DNA from: an uncultured delta proteobacterium
GTDB taxonomy: Bacteria > Desulfobacterota > Binatia > HRBIN30 > BPIQ01
Assembly: GCA_963761335.1 (NCBI GenBank)
Contig: CAVXGR010000017.1
Location: 256,001 to 320,000, forward strand
Direction: 5' to 3'
Length of the DNA: 64,000 nucleotides
The number at the start of each line of letters is the position of its first letter. Within the stretch, counting starts at the first letter, position 1. Made by a program: the position numbers and the translations under genes. Shown here in pieces: positions 51,793 to 60,413 of this stretch. The notes beneath the pieces were generated by a model. The model had not been told where the DNA came from. It did no database searches and saw only the letters and a list, made by a program, of their open reading frames with translations.

Positions 51793-52767
51793 ATGAGCTC
51801 ATTCCCCGAGTACCGGCCGCGGCGGCTGCGGGCCAACGAGACGCTGCGGCGCATGGTTCGCGAGACGCGGCTGAGCGTCGACAACCTGGTCATGCCGCTC
51901 TTCGTCTGCCCCGGCTCCGGGGTCGAGAACGCCGTTGGCAGCATGCCCGGCGTCGCGCAGCTCTCGGTCGATCGTCTGGTCGAGAAGGCGAAGGAGATTC
52001 GCGATCTCGGCGTCCCCGCGGTCCTGCTCTTCGGCCTGCCCGATAAGAAGGACAGCGTCGGCAGCCAGGCATACAGCGACAAGGGGATCGTGCAGCGTGC
52101 GGTGGGTGCCCTCAAGGAGCAGGTGGACGACCTCCTGGTGATCACCGACGTCTGCCTGTGCGAGTACACCGATCACGGCCACTGCGGCATCATCGTCGAC
52201 GGCGAGGTCGACAACGACTCGACCATCGATCTGCTGGCCAAGGAGGCGGTGTCGCACGCCCGCGCCGGCGCCGACATGGTGGCCCCCTCCGACATGATGG
52301 ACGGGCGCATCGGCACCATCCGCGAGGCCCTCGACGACGAGGACTTCGCCGGCGTGCCGATCATGTCGTATGCGGCCAAGTTCGCCTCGGGCTTCTACGG
52401 CCCCTTTCGCGAGGCTGCCGAGTCGACGCCGCAGTTCGGCGACCGGCGCTCGTACCAGATGGATCCCGCCAACGCCGATGAGGCGCTGCGCGAGGTGCAG
52501 CTCGACATCGACGAGGGCGCCGACATCGTCATGGTCAAGCCGGCGCTCGCCTATCTCGACCTGATCTGGCGGGTGAAGGAGACCTTCGGCTATCCCGTCG
52601 CCGCCTACCACGTCAGCGGCGAGTACAGCATGATCAAGGCGGCGGCCGCCAACGGCTGGCTCGACGAGGAGCGCGTCGTTACCGAGGCGCTGACCTCGAT
52701 CCGCCGCGCCGGCGCCGACATCATCATCACCTACTTCGCCGCCGACGTCGCCCGAAGGTTGCGCTAG
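51793..52767 (+). CDS. hemB: Porphobilinogen synthase
   Basis: [42 protein letters not shown]. Confidence 0.97.
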   Translation: MSSFPEYRPRRLRANETLRRMVRETRLSVDNLVMPLFVCPGSGVENAVGSMPGVAQLSVDRLVEKAKEIRDLGVPAVLLFGLPDKKDSVGSQAYSDKGIVQRAVGALKEQVDDLLVITDVCLCEYTDHGHCGIIVDGEVDNDSTIDLLAKEAVSHARAGADMVAPSDMMDGRIGTIREALDDEDFAGVPIMSYAAKFASGFYGPFREAAESTPQFGDRRSYQMDPANADEALREVQLDIDEGADIVMVKPALAYLDLIWRVKETFGYPVAAYHVSGEYSMIKAAAANGWLDEERVVTEALTSIRRAGADIIITYFAADVARRLR

Positions 52768-52768
52768 C

Positions 52769-53437
52769 TCAAGGCGCCGCCTTGGCGGCGCGCACGAACT
52801 CCCGGATCTTGGCGAGATTGCGGCTGCCGTCGGCGTCCTCGATGCCGGTGTGGACGTCGACCGCCCACGGCCGCACGGTGGCGATGGCGGCGGCGACGTT
52901 GTCGGGAGTGAGCCCTCCGGCGAGGATGACCGGGGCACGGCAGGAGGTGGCGATCTCGGCGCTGATGCGCCAGTCGTGCACCTTGCCGGTGGCGCCGCCG
53001 CGGCCGCTCTCGGCGTCGTAGGTGTCGAGGATGACGGCGTCGACGTGGCGCTCCAGGGCGCGCGCCCGCGCCAGCGCCTCGGGGCCGGTGACGTGGACGG
53101 CGCGGATGACCTTCAGGTGCGGCATGGCGACCCGCAGCAGATGCAGCTCGCCGATGGGAAACTCGCCGTGCAGCTGCAGGACGCCGGCGCCGAGATAGCG
53201 GCACAGCTCGATCGCCTCGCGGGCGCCGGCGACGTAGGTGATGGCGACGCTGCTGACGAAGGGCGGCAGGCGGGCGATGATCGCCCGCGCCTTCTCCTCG
53301 GTGAGCCCGTCGTGGATTCCGGTCGGCAGGCGCACGGTGAAGCCGAGCGCGTCGGCGCCGGCGCGCTCCGCCGTCAGAGCCTCGTCGAGGCTGGAGACCC
53401 CGGCGATCTGCACGCGTACCGTGCCCTGCTCCCGCAT
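52769..53437 (-). CDS. trpF: Phosphoribosylanthranilate isomerase-like
   Basis: GADALGF, QLHG, LDT...GGATG..HDW, LAGGLTPDNV, VDVHTGIE. Confidence 0.78.
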   Translation of the reverse strand: MREQGTVRVQIAGVSSLDEALTAERAGADALGFTVRLPTGIHDGLTEEKARAIIARLPPFVSSVAITYVAGAREAIELCRYLGAGVLQLHGEFPIGELHLLRVAMPHLKVIRAVHVTGPEALARARALERHVDAVILDTYDAESGRGGATGKVHDWRISAEIATSCRAPVILAGGLTPDNVAAAIATVRPWAVDVHTGIEDADGSRNLAKIREFVRAAKAAP

Positions 53438-53442
53438 GCCGG

Positions 53443-54483
53443 CTACGGGACCAGCGCGATCTTGAGGCAGCCGTCGCGCCGCTGTGCGAACATCTCGTAG
53501 GCCTCGGCGCCGCGCGACAGCTCCATGCGATGGCTGATGAGACTCTTCGGCTCGATGCGGCCGCTGCGCACCAGCGGGATCAAGGACGGCAGAAAGCGCT
53601 GCACGTTGACCAGGCCGATGCGGAAGGTGAGGTCCTTCATCAGCGCCATCCCCATGGGAAAGGGGAAGTCCATCTGCAGCAGCACTCCGACCACGGAGAT
53701 GACGCCGCCGGTGCGCACCAGCTCGAAGGCGAGGTGGACCGTCTCGGGAGCGCCGACCGCCTCGATGGCGGCGTGTACGCCGCGGCCGTCGGTCGCCTCG
53801 AGCACGGCCGCGGCGACGTTCTGCGTCGCCGCGTCGATCGGTGTGGCGCCCAGCGCCCGGGCCTGCTCGAGCCGATATCCGACCTTGTCGATGGCCAGCA
53901 CCTGCGAGGGGCCGTACAGCTGGGCGCACTGCAGCGCGAACAGCCCCACCGGGCCGCAGCCGATCACCGCCACGGTATCGCCGGGCTTGATGGCGGCGTT
54001 CTCGGCGGCGTAGTAGCCGGTCGGCAGGATGTCGGTGAGGAAGAGCACCGACTCGTCATCGAAATCCGACGGCGTCGGCCAAAGGTTGGCGTCGGCATTG
54101 GGCACCGAGATCGCCTCCGCCTGGCCCCCGGGCAGATCGGGGGTGATGCCGTAGACCTTGTTGATGAAGTTGACGCAGCCGACCGCGTAGCCGGCCCGAC
54201 ACGGCTCGCAGTCGCCGCAGCCGATGACTCCGGGAACCAGGACGCGGTCCCCCTTGCGAAATCGACGGACGTCGCTGCCGACCTCTTCGACGACGCCCAC
54301 GCACTCGTGGCCCACCACCGTGCCGGGCATGGTGGGCACCAGGCCGTGGTAGAGGTGCAGGTCCGAGCCGCAGATCGAGCTGCGGGTGACGCGCACCACG
54401 GCGCCGCGCGCGTCGCGCAGAGCCGCATCGGCAACCGACTCGACGCGAACGTCATGAGTGCCGTGCAGAACGATCGCCTTCAT
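53443..54483 (-). CDS. Zn-dependent MDR alcohol/aldehyde dehydrogenase (formaldehyde-dehydrogenase-like)
   Basis: ICGSDLH, GHE.VG, CG.C..C.....C, DILPTG, GCGPVG. Confidence 0.9.
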   Translation of the reverse strand: MKAIVLHGTHDVRVESVADAALRDARGAVVRVTRSSICGSDLHLYHGLVPTMPGTVVGHECVGVVEEVGSDVRRFRKGDRVLVPGVIGCGDCEPCRAGYAVGCVNFINKVYGITPDLPGGQAEAISVPNADANLWPTPSDFDDESVLFLTDILPTGYYAAENAAIKPGDTVAVIGCGPVGLFALQCAQLYGPSQVLAIDKVGYRLEQARALGATPIDAATQNVAAAVLEATDGRGVHAAIEAVGAPETVHLAFELVRTGGVISVVGVLLQMDFPFPMGMALMKDLTFRIGLVNVQRFLPSLIPLVRSGRIEPKSLISHRMELSRGAEAYEMFAQRRDGCLKIALVP

Positions 54484-54609
54484 CGGATACCTCCGCGCCG
54501 ACGCTTACCACGAGCGCGCCGCCGGCGGTAGCGCGAGGGGGAGGCAGGGCCCGTGCTCGTGCTCAGACGGCTCTTCCACCTCACGCGGCTTGGCGCTATG
54601 GATTTGCGT

Positions 54610-55164
54610 ATGAAGCCCGACACAATCGAGGTGCTCGATCCGACGTCGCCGATTCCCGGAGAGCTGCAGGCGCTGACGCCCGGCATCGGCGACCTGAGCG
54701 GGCGCGTGCTCGGCATCCGCTTGGACCATACCTGGAAGTCCTTCACCGTTTTCGCCGAGGCGGTGGGCGTGCTTGCGCGCGCCGAATGGAAGGTGAAGGA
54801 CGTCGTCTTCTTCGACCCCGGCGTCCGCGCCGGAACCACGGAGGAGGAGCGCCACAAGGTGGCCGGCTTCGTGCGCGCCGTCGACGCCGCCGTCGTCGGC
54901 CTCGGTACGTGAGGGTCGTGCACGTCGTGGAGTGTCCACGACTCGGTCGAATGTGAGCGCGCCGGGGTGCCCGCGGTGGTCGTGGTGACCGAGGTGTTCG
55001 CCAATCTCGCGCTCATGGCCGCGCAGGCACGCGGCCTGGCGTCGCTGCGCCTGCTGGTCCTGCCGCATCCGCTCGAGGGCCGCGCCACTGACGAGCTGCG
55101 GGCGCTGGGACAGGCACGAGCGGGCGAGCTGCGGCGGCTGCTCACGGGCCCGCCGGTGAGCTGA
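54610..55164 (+). CDS. UGSC-family selenoprotein (TGA 54910-54912 read as Sec; UxxC motif), about 184 aa; start may be 54598
   Basis: In-frame ...VVGLGT-TGA-GSCTSWSVHDSVECERAGVPAVVVVTEVF...LPHPL; frame open on both sides; hairpin 11 nt downstream. Confidence 0.88.
54924..54942 (+). promoter_or_regulatory. Candidate bacterial SECIS hairpin GTCGTGGA-GTG-TCCACGAC
   Basis: Perfect 8-bp stem, GU-containing apical loop, starting 11 nt after the UGA. Confidence 0.72.
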
Positions 55165-55165
55165 G

Positions 55166-56266
55166 GTGCGCGGCACGCTTCTCTCGCCCGGTATCGAGAC
55201 CGCCGCCGATCCGCTGGCGTTCTTCGAGCTCGCCGAGCGCCGGGGCTGGGGCGACGGCCTGCCGCTGATTCCGCCGACGGCGGAACGCGTGCTGGAGATG
55301 CTCGACCACTCCCCGGATCCGCCCGAGGCGGTGGTCGGCGTCGTCGAGCCGCGCCGCGGTGAAGCGACGGTGGAGAAGATCGCCATCAACGCCGTGATGG
55401 CCGGCTGCCCGCCGGAATGCTTTCCCGCGGTGCAGGCGTCGGTGGCGGCGGTCTGCGAACCATCCTTCAACCTGTACGCGCTCAATACCACGACGTGCTG
55501 CGCCACCCCGGCGATTCTGGTGAACGGCCCGGCGCGGCGGCAGCTGCGGATCGAATGCGGCTACAGCTGCCTCGGCAACAACGGCCGCGCCGGCGCCACC
55601 ATCGGCCGCGCCCTGCGCCTGGTGATGCGCAACGTCGGCGGCGCCGTTCCGGGGGCCGTCAGCAAGTCGGTGTTCGGCCAACCGGGCCGCATCTCCCTCT
55701 GCTTCGGCGAGTGGGAGGAGAAGAGCCCGTGGCCAGCGTTCCACGTGCGACGCGGCTTCGCCGCGGACGACAGCGTCGTCACCGTGCATTGCGCCACGGG
55801 CACGCAGGATATCGCCGACATCTACGCCGACACCGCCGAGGAGCTGATCTGGGTGCTGGCGCACTCGATCGACTGGATCGGCAACAACAAGGTGCTGGTT
55901 CCGGCGGAGGAGGGCGAGATGCTCCTCCTCCTGTGCCCCGACTTTGCCCACAAGATGGCCCGCGACGGCTTCGCCGTCGCCGACGTGCAGGCTCTGCTGC
56001 ACCGCTACACGCAGACCCCGATCGAGCGCTGGCATCGCCGCCACTGGCGCAAGCTCGAGGAGAAAGGCTTCGTGCGCGACGGGCGCGTGCCGCTGTGCGC
56101 CGCGCCGGAGCAGTTTCTCCTCGCGGTCGCCGGCGGCGAGTCCGGCCATCACGCGCTCAGCTTCTGCACTTTCGGGCTCACCCGCTCCGCGTCGCGCGCC
56201 TTCTCGCTCGGCCCCGCCGCCAGCGGAGAGGTTTGCGAGCTGCCGTTCCCCGAGGAGAAGAGATGA
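55166..56266 (+). CDS. Conserved Cys-rich protein of unknown function, partner of the UGSC protein
   Basis: GWGDGLPLIPPT, EKIAINAVMAGC, NGP, ATIGRALRL, EE.SPW..FHV.RGF; starts 1 nt after the UGSC stop. Confidence 0.82.
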   Translation: MRGTLLSPGIETAADPLAFFELAERRGWGDGLPLIPPTAERVLEMLDHSPDPPEAVVGVVEPRRGEATVEKIAINAVMAGCPPECFPAVQASVAAVCEPSFNLYALNTTTCCATPAILVNGPARRQLRIECGYSCLGNNGRAGATIGRALRLVMRNVGGAVPGAVSKSVFGQPGRISLCFGEWEEKSPWPAFHVRRGFAADDSVVTVHCATGTQDIADIYADTAEELIWVLAHSIDWIGNNKVLVPAEEGEMLLLLCPDFAHKMARDGFAVADVQALLHRYTQTPIERWHRRHWRKLEEKGFVRDGRVPLCAAPEQFLLAVAGGESGHHALSFCTFGLTRSASRAFSLGPAASGEVCELPFPEEKR

Positions 56267-56700
56267 AGGTGATCGGAGTCGACCATATCGGCATCGCCGT
56301 CGAATCGATTGAAGAGGCGCTGCGTTTCTACCGCGACCGGCTCGGCCTGGAGGCCGGGCCCATCGAGAAGATCGGCGACGGCGCCGTGCGCATCTGCCGC
56401 CTGTGCGCCGGTGAGGTCGAGCTGGAGCTCATCGAGGCCGCCGACTGGGAGGCCACCATGCAGCGCCACCTGCCGCACCGCGGCCCGGGCGTATATCACC
56501 TCGGCCTGCGCGTCGCCGACGTCGACGGCGCCATCGCCGAGCTGGCCGGAGCCGAGGTGCCGATCATCGACCGCGAACCGCGTCAGGGGGAGAAGATGCG
56601 CGTCTCCTTCCTGTCGCCGGCGGCGGCGTGCGGAACGCTGATCGAGCTGGTCGAGCGAAAGCCCGCACGCGAGGTTGGCCGGCCGCCGCGAACGCGTTAG
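56263..56700 (+). CDS. VOC/glyoxalase-superfamily protein, methylmalonyl-CoA epimerase-like
   Basis: DHIGIAV, LELIE, RGPG.YHLGL.V.D, GTLIELVE; ATGA overlap. Confidence 0.85.
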   Translation: MKVIGVDHIGIAVESIEEALRFYRDRLGLEAGPIEKIGDGAVRICRLCAGEVELELIEAADWEATMQRHLPHRGPGVYHLGLRVADVDGAIAELAGAEVPIIDREPRQGEKMRVSFLSPAAACGTLIELVERKPAREVGRPPRTR

Positions 56701-56720
56701 ACGGAATTTCATGGCGAGCG

Positions 56721-57239
56721 ATGACTGAGCCGGTCCGCGCTGCGGTTCTGGTGCCCATTTGCCGCGGCCCGGAGGGGCCCGAGGTCATCCTGACCCTGCG
56801 CTCCGAAGGCCTCTCGCACCACCGCGGTCAGGTGTCGTTCCCGGGCGGCCGCTTCGACCCGAGCTGCGACCAGTCGATTCTCGCGACCGCCCTCCGCGAA
56901 GCCGAGGAGGAGATCGGCATGCGTCCGGCCGACGTCGAGGTGCTCGGGGCGCTGCCGGAGCTGCACACGATGAGCTCGAGCTTCCTGATCAGCCCCTTTG
57001 TCGGGCGCGTGCCGCGCAACTACGAGTACACGCCCCACGATCGGGAGGTGGCCGCCATCTTCTCGATGCCGCTGCGCGCCCACGGCGATCCGGCCTTTCG
57101 GGTCAAGCACTCGTGGACCTACGACGGCCGCACCGGAGAGGTGCCGGCGATCCGCTACGACACGTATCTGGTCTGGGGCGCGACCCTGCGCATCCTCGAC
57201 ACGCTCATCGAATCGCCGCTGATGGCGCAGCTGGAGTAG
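56721..57239 (+). CDS. CoA pyrophosphatase-type Nudix hydrolase
   Basis: AAVLVP, LTLRS..L..H.GQVSFPGG, ALREAEEEIG, VWGAT. Confidence 0.88.
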   Translation: MTEPVRAAVLVPICRGPEGPEVILTLRSEGLSHHRGQVSFPGGRFDPSCDQSILATALREAEEEIGMRPADVEVLGALPELHTMSSSFLISPFVGRVPRNYEYTPHDREVAAIFSMPLRAHGDPAFRVKHSWTYDGRTGEVPAIRYDTYLVWGATLRILDTLIESPLMAQLE

Positions 57240-57317
57240 GGCGAGAGCGCGGCCATCTTGGCCGCATGCGGCCTTTGCGAGTCCTTTGCGGCCGAGACGA
57301 CCCGGCTCCCGGGGGGC

Positions 57318-58070
57318 TCACTCCTGCCGCAGCTTTGCGAGTGCCGCCTCCAGGTTGTCCGCCTCGAGCAGCGGCGCGGCGACCACAGCGGCGTCGACCA
57401 GGCCGGCGAGGCGGTGCCAGTCTTCCGCGCTGCGGACGTCGCCGAGACAGATGATCGGCCGCCGCGGCGGAACGCCGGCGGCGACGGCGCCCAGAAGCGG
57501 AAGGTCGAGAACACCCGCTCCCGTCAGGCCCCAGACGCCGATCGGCCAGCGGTCGCGGTTCAGGGCGCGCGGCAGGTCCTCCGTTCCGAGCACGCCAACG
57601 ATCGCGGTCATGTGCAAAGAGGAGGCGATGCCGAGCATCTCGTCGAGCTCGTCGTCACTCAGCCAGGCCACCGGCAGCACGGCGGCGTCGGCGCCGTAGA
57701 GGCGGCTCTGGTACAGAAGGGCAGGGCGGTGCAGGAAGTCGTCCCGCAGCACGGGAGCGCTCGAGGAACGCGCCGCCACCTGCAGGTCGTCCAGGCTGCC
57801 GCCGAAGCTCGGGTCCGTGGCAACGGCGATCGCAGCGACCTCGACATCGTCCATGGCGCCCGCCAGTGCGGCGACGTCGATCTCGCTCCACTCCCGGCCG
57901 CTGTACGGATCGCGGCGGTGAATTCCTCCGATGACGGCGACCTCGGCGCGACCGCTGCCGAGAAACTGGAAGAGATCACGGCGACTCGGCGTCACCTCGC
58001 TCAGGCGCAGTCCTTCGAGAGCGTCCGCTTCCGCCTCTCGGGCCCTGCGGATGCGATGGAAGTCGACCAC
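57318..58070 (-). CDS. Indole-3-glycerol-phosphate synthase (TrpC)-like protein, catalytic residues degenerate
   Basis: TDP.FGGSLDDL, PVLR.DF, Q....GADA.VL.V..L pattern of TrpC, but key Glu/Lys residues replaced. Confidence 0.7.
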   Translation of the reverse strand: MVDFHRIRRAREAEADALEGLRLSEVTPSRRDLFQFLGSGRAEVAVIGGIHRRDPYSGREWSEIDVAALAGAMDDVEVAAIAVATDPSFGGSLDDLQVAARSSSAPVLRDDFLHRPALLYQSRLYGADAAVLPVAWLSDDELDEMLGIASSLHMTAIVGVLGTEDLPRALNRDRWPIGVWGLTGAGVLDLPLLGAVAAGVPPRRPIICLGDVRSAEDWHRLAGLVDAAVVAAPLLEADNLEAALAKLRQE

Positions 58071-58156
58071 GAGCAGCAGTGTCTCACCCCCGCCTCGCTG
58101 CGATCAAGAGGCGAGTGCATTGGGATCGGAGCGCGCCGGTGCTATGGTGTACGGTC

Positions 58157-60361
58157 ATGTCCAAACCCTCGCTCCGCAGGCGCATCGCCCTGCTCTTTGC
58201 TCTGCTCCCGATGCTGATGGCGGTTGCCGCGTCCGCCGCCGACCCGTGGAACGTCGGCGACCTCGAGCAGGCGGGGCAGTGGAGCATCTTCGATCGGACC
58301 GCGCACGCTTCGGGGCTCGGCTTGCCGGTGGCGGCCGGCGACCTCAACGGCGATGGGCGCGCCGACGTCGTGCTGACGCCGATGAATGCCGACAGCGGTC
58401 CGGGGAAGACGCGCGAGAGCGCCGGCGAGGCGGTCATCGCGCTGAGCTCCGGGACGGTGCAGGGCGTCCTCGATCTCGCCACTCTCGACCCGCGCTTCCT
58501 GCCGGATGACGTCACTTTCGTGTACGGCGCCGATCCCTTCGACTACTTCGGTACCGAGGTCGCCAGCGCCGACGTCGACGGCGACGGCTTCGACGATCTC
58601 ATCGTCGGCGCTCAGCACGGCGACGGGCCGCAGAACGACCGCTTGGGTGCCGGCGAGGTGGCGATCATCTGGGGCCGCGCCGACATCGGCGGTCGGGTGA
58701 TCGACATGGCCGAGCTCAACCCCGAGGACGGGGTCACGGTCATCTTCGGAGCCGCCTCTGGTGACCGCACCGGAACCTGGGTCAGCACCGGCGACTTCGA
58801 CGGCGATGGCACCGCCGACGTCTACATTGGCGCCGATCAGGCTTCGAGCGCGACCGGCAACTTCCACGCCGGCCGCACCTACGTCGTCTACGGAGGCGCC
58901 GCCCTGCGGCAGCGGGCGACCGTCGATCTGCACGCGCCGGAGGCGGAGGTGGAGGTGACCACCGTCTACGGCATCGACAGGGAGGACCACAGCGGCTGCA
59001 CCGTGCGCGGCGGAGATCTGAACGGCGACGGCGCCGCAGAGCTGATCATCGGTGCGGGTCTCAATCGCCTCTCCTCGTCGGTCGACGAGATGGGCCACTT
59101 CTCCGGCCACGGCAGCGGCGGGGGGGACGGCCCGGACAACCTGCGCAACAACGCCGGCGAGGCCTACGTCGTCTATGGCCAGAAGGGGCAGCGGCCGCAG
59201 GCGATCGATCTGGCAGCGCCGCCGGCCTCGACGGTGTTCGTCTACGGCCGCGATGCCGGAGACTCCTATGGCGAGGAGCTGTTCACCGGTGATTTCAACG
59301 GCGACGGCGACGGCGACCTCGTCGTCGGCGCGCTGACCGCCAGTGGACTGTTCGGCACCGGCGGCAACACGGGCCAGGCGGCGCTGATCTTCGGCGGCCC
59401 GGATCTGCCGGGCAGCTCGGTCGACCTGGCGTCGCCGCCGGCAAACGTCACCATCTTCTCCGGCGCCACGACGGGAGAGATCTTCGGCGACACCGCGCTC
59501 TTCCTGGACGTCGACGCCGACGGCAAGGACGACCTGGCGATCGGCGCACCGCGGGCCGCGCCCGGCGGCCGCGCCAGCGCCGGCATCCTCTCGGTTTTCT
59601 TCGGCACGGCGGCGCCGCTGCCGGCCACCGTCGACGCCGCCAACCCGCCGGCCGCGCTGACCCCCTTTGTGATCGAGGGCAAGACCGCCGGCGACCTGCT
59701 CGTCTACAGCGCCGCCGCCGGCGACGTCGACAATGACGGGATTCCCGACCTGGTGGTGAACGCCATGGGCGCCAGCGGCTTCGACGACAAGCTTCCGGTG
59801 GCCGGCGAGGCCTACGTGCTCGACGGTCGCCGGGTGAGCGAGCGCGCCGGGCGACGGGTGCCCGTGTCTCCATCGCCGACCTCGGCGGAGACGGCAACCC
59901 CGACGGCGTCGGCGACGCCGACCGTAACCACGACCGCGAGTGCAACGGCGACCGAGACGGCCATTGCCACCGCGACGCCGACCTCCACTGTCACCGCGAC
60001 GGCGAGCGCCACGGCGAGTGCCACGCCGAGCGCCACGACGGCGGCCACCTTCACCGCGAGTGCGACTGCGACGAGCAGCACCACCCCCTCGGTTCCACCG
60101 ACGGCATCGCCTTCTCCGCGGGCAACCGCCACGCCGGTGCCGGCGTCCCCGAGCGCGACCATTCCACCAACCACGGTGGTGCCGAGCGCCTCACCGACGG
60201 CAATCGTATCCCAAGCGAGCGGCTGCGCGATCTCGTCCAGCGCCGGCACTCCCCGACTGTGGCCACTGCTCGCCCCGCTGCTGTTCGTGCTCTGGCGGCG
60301 GCTCGCTTGGCGCCGCGCCGGCAACCGGTTCCTTCTCCCGGGCGGGAGACGGTCAGAATGA
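58157..60361 (+). CDS. Secreted FG-GAP/integrin-alpha-like repeat protein with Thr/Ala/Pro linker and C-terminal sorting signal
   Basis: Signal peptide; seven D(L/F/V)xxDG..D repeats; T/A/S/P stalk; SGC + hydrophobic segment + RR. Confidence 0.85.
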   Translation: MSKPSLRRRIALLFALLPMLMAVAASAADPWNVGDLEQAGQWSIFDRTAHASGLGLPVAAGDLNGDGRADVVLTPMNADSGPGKTRESAGEAVIALSSGTVQGVLDLATLDPRFLPDDVTFVYGADPFDYFGTEVASADVDGDGFDDLIVGAQHGDGPQNDRLGAGEVAIIWGRADIGGRVIDMAELNPEDGVTVIFGAASGDRTGTWVSTGDFDGDGTADVYIGADQASSATGNFHAGRTYVVYGGAALRQRATVDLHAPEAEVEVTTVYGIDREDHSGCTVRGGDLNGDGAAELIIGAGLNRLSSSVDEMGHFSGHGSGGGDGPDNLRNNAGEAYVVYGQKGQRPQAIDLAAPPASTVFVYGRDAGDSYGEELFTGDFNGDGDGDLVVGALTASGLFGTGGNTGQAALIFGGPDLPGSSVDLASPPANVTIFSGATTGEIFGDTALFLDVDADGKDDLAIGAPRAAPGGRASAGILSVFFGTAAPLPATVDAANPPAALTPFVIEGKTAGDLLVYSAAAGDVDNDGIPDLVVNAMGASGFDDKLPVAGEAYVLDGRRVSERAGRRVPVSPSPTSAETATPTASATPTVTTTASATATETAIATATPTSTVTATASATASATPSATTAATFTASATATSSTTPSVPPTASPSPRATATPVPASPSATIPPTTVVPSASPTAIVSQASGCAISSSAGTPRLWPLLAPLLFVLWRRLAWRRAGNRFLLPGGRRSE

Positions 60362-60413
60362 GGGGGAGACTCTTCCGGCAACGCCCATCGACGCCGCCGG
60401 CGCTCCCACCGCA

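Noticed and set aside
54553..55164. Pseudogene (nonsense mutation) or two separate small genes
   Set aside because: The TGA sits exactly in a UxxC context with a SECIS-like hairpin, and both halves are intact and in frame. Recoding explains it better.
59860..60210. DNA repeat or mobile element in the Thr/Ala-rich stretch
   Set aside because: It is the coding low-complexity linker of the FG-GAP protein, with varied codons.
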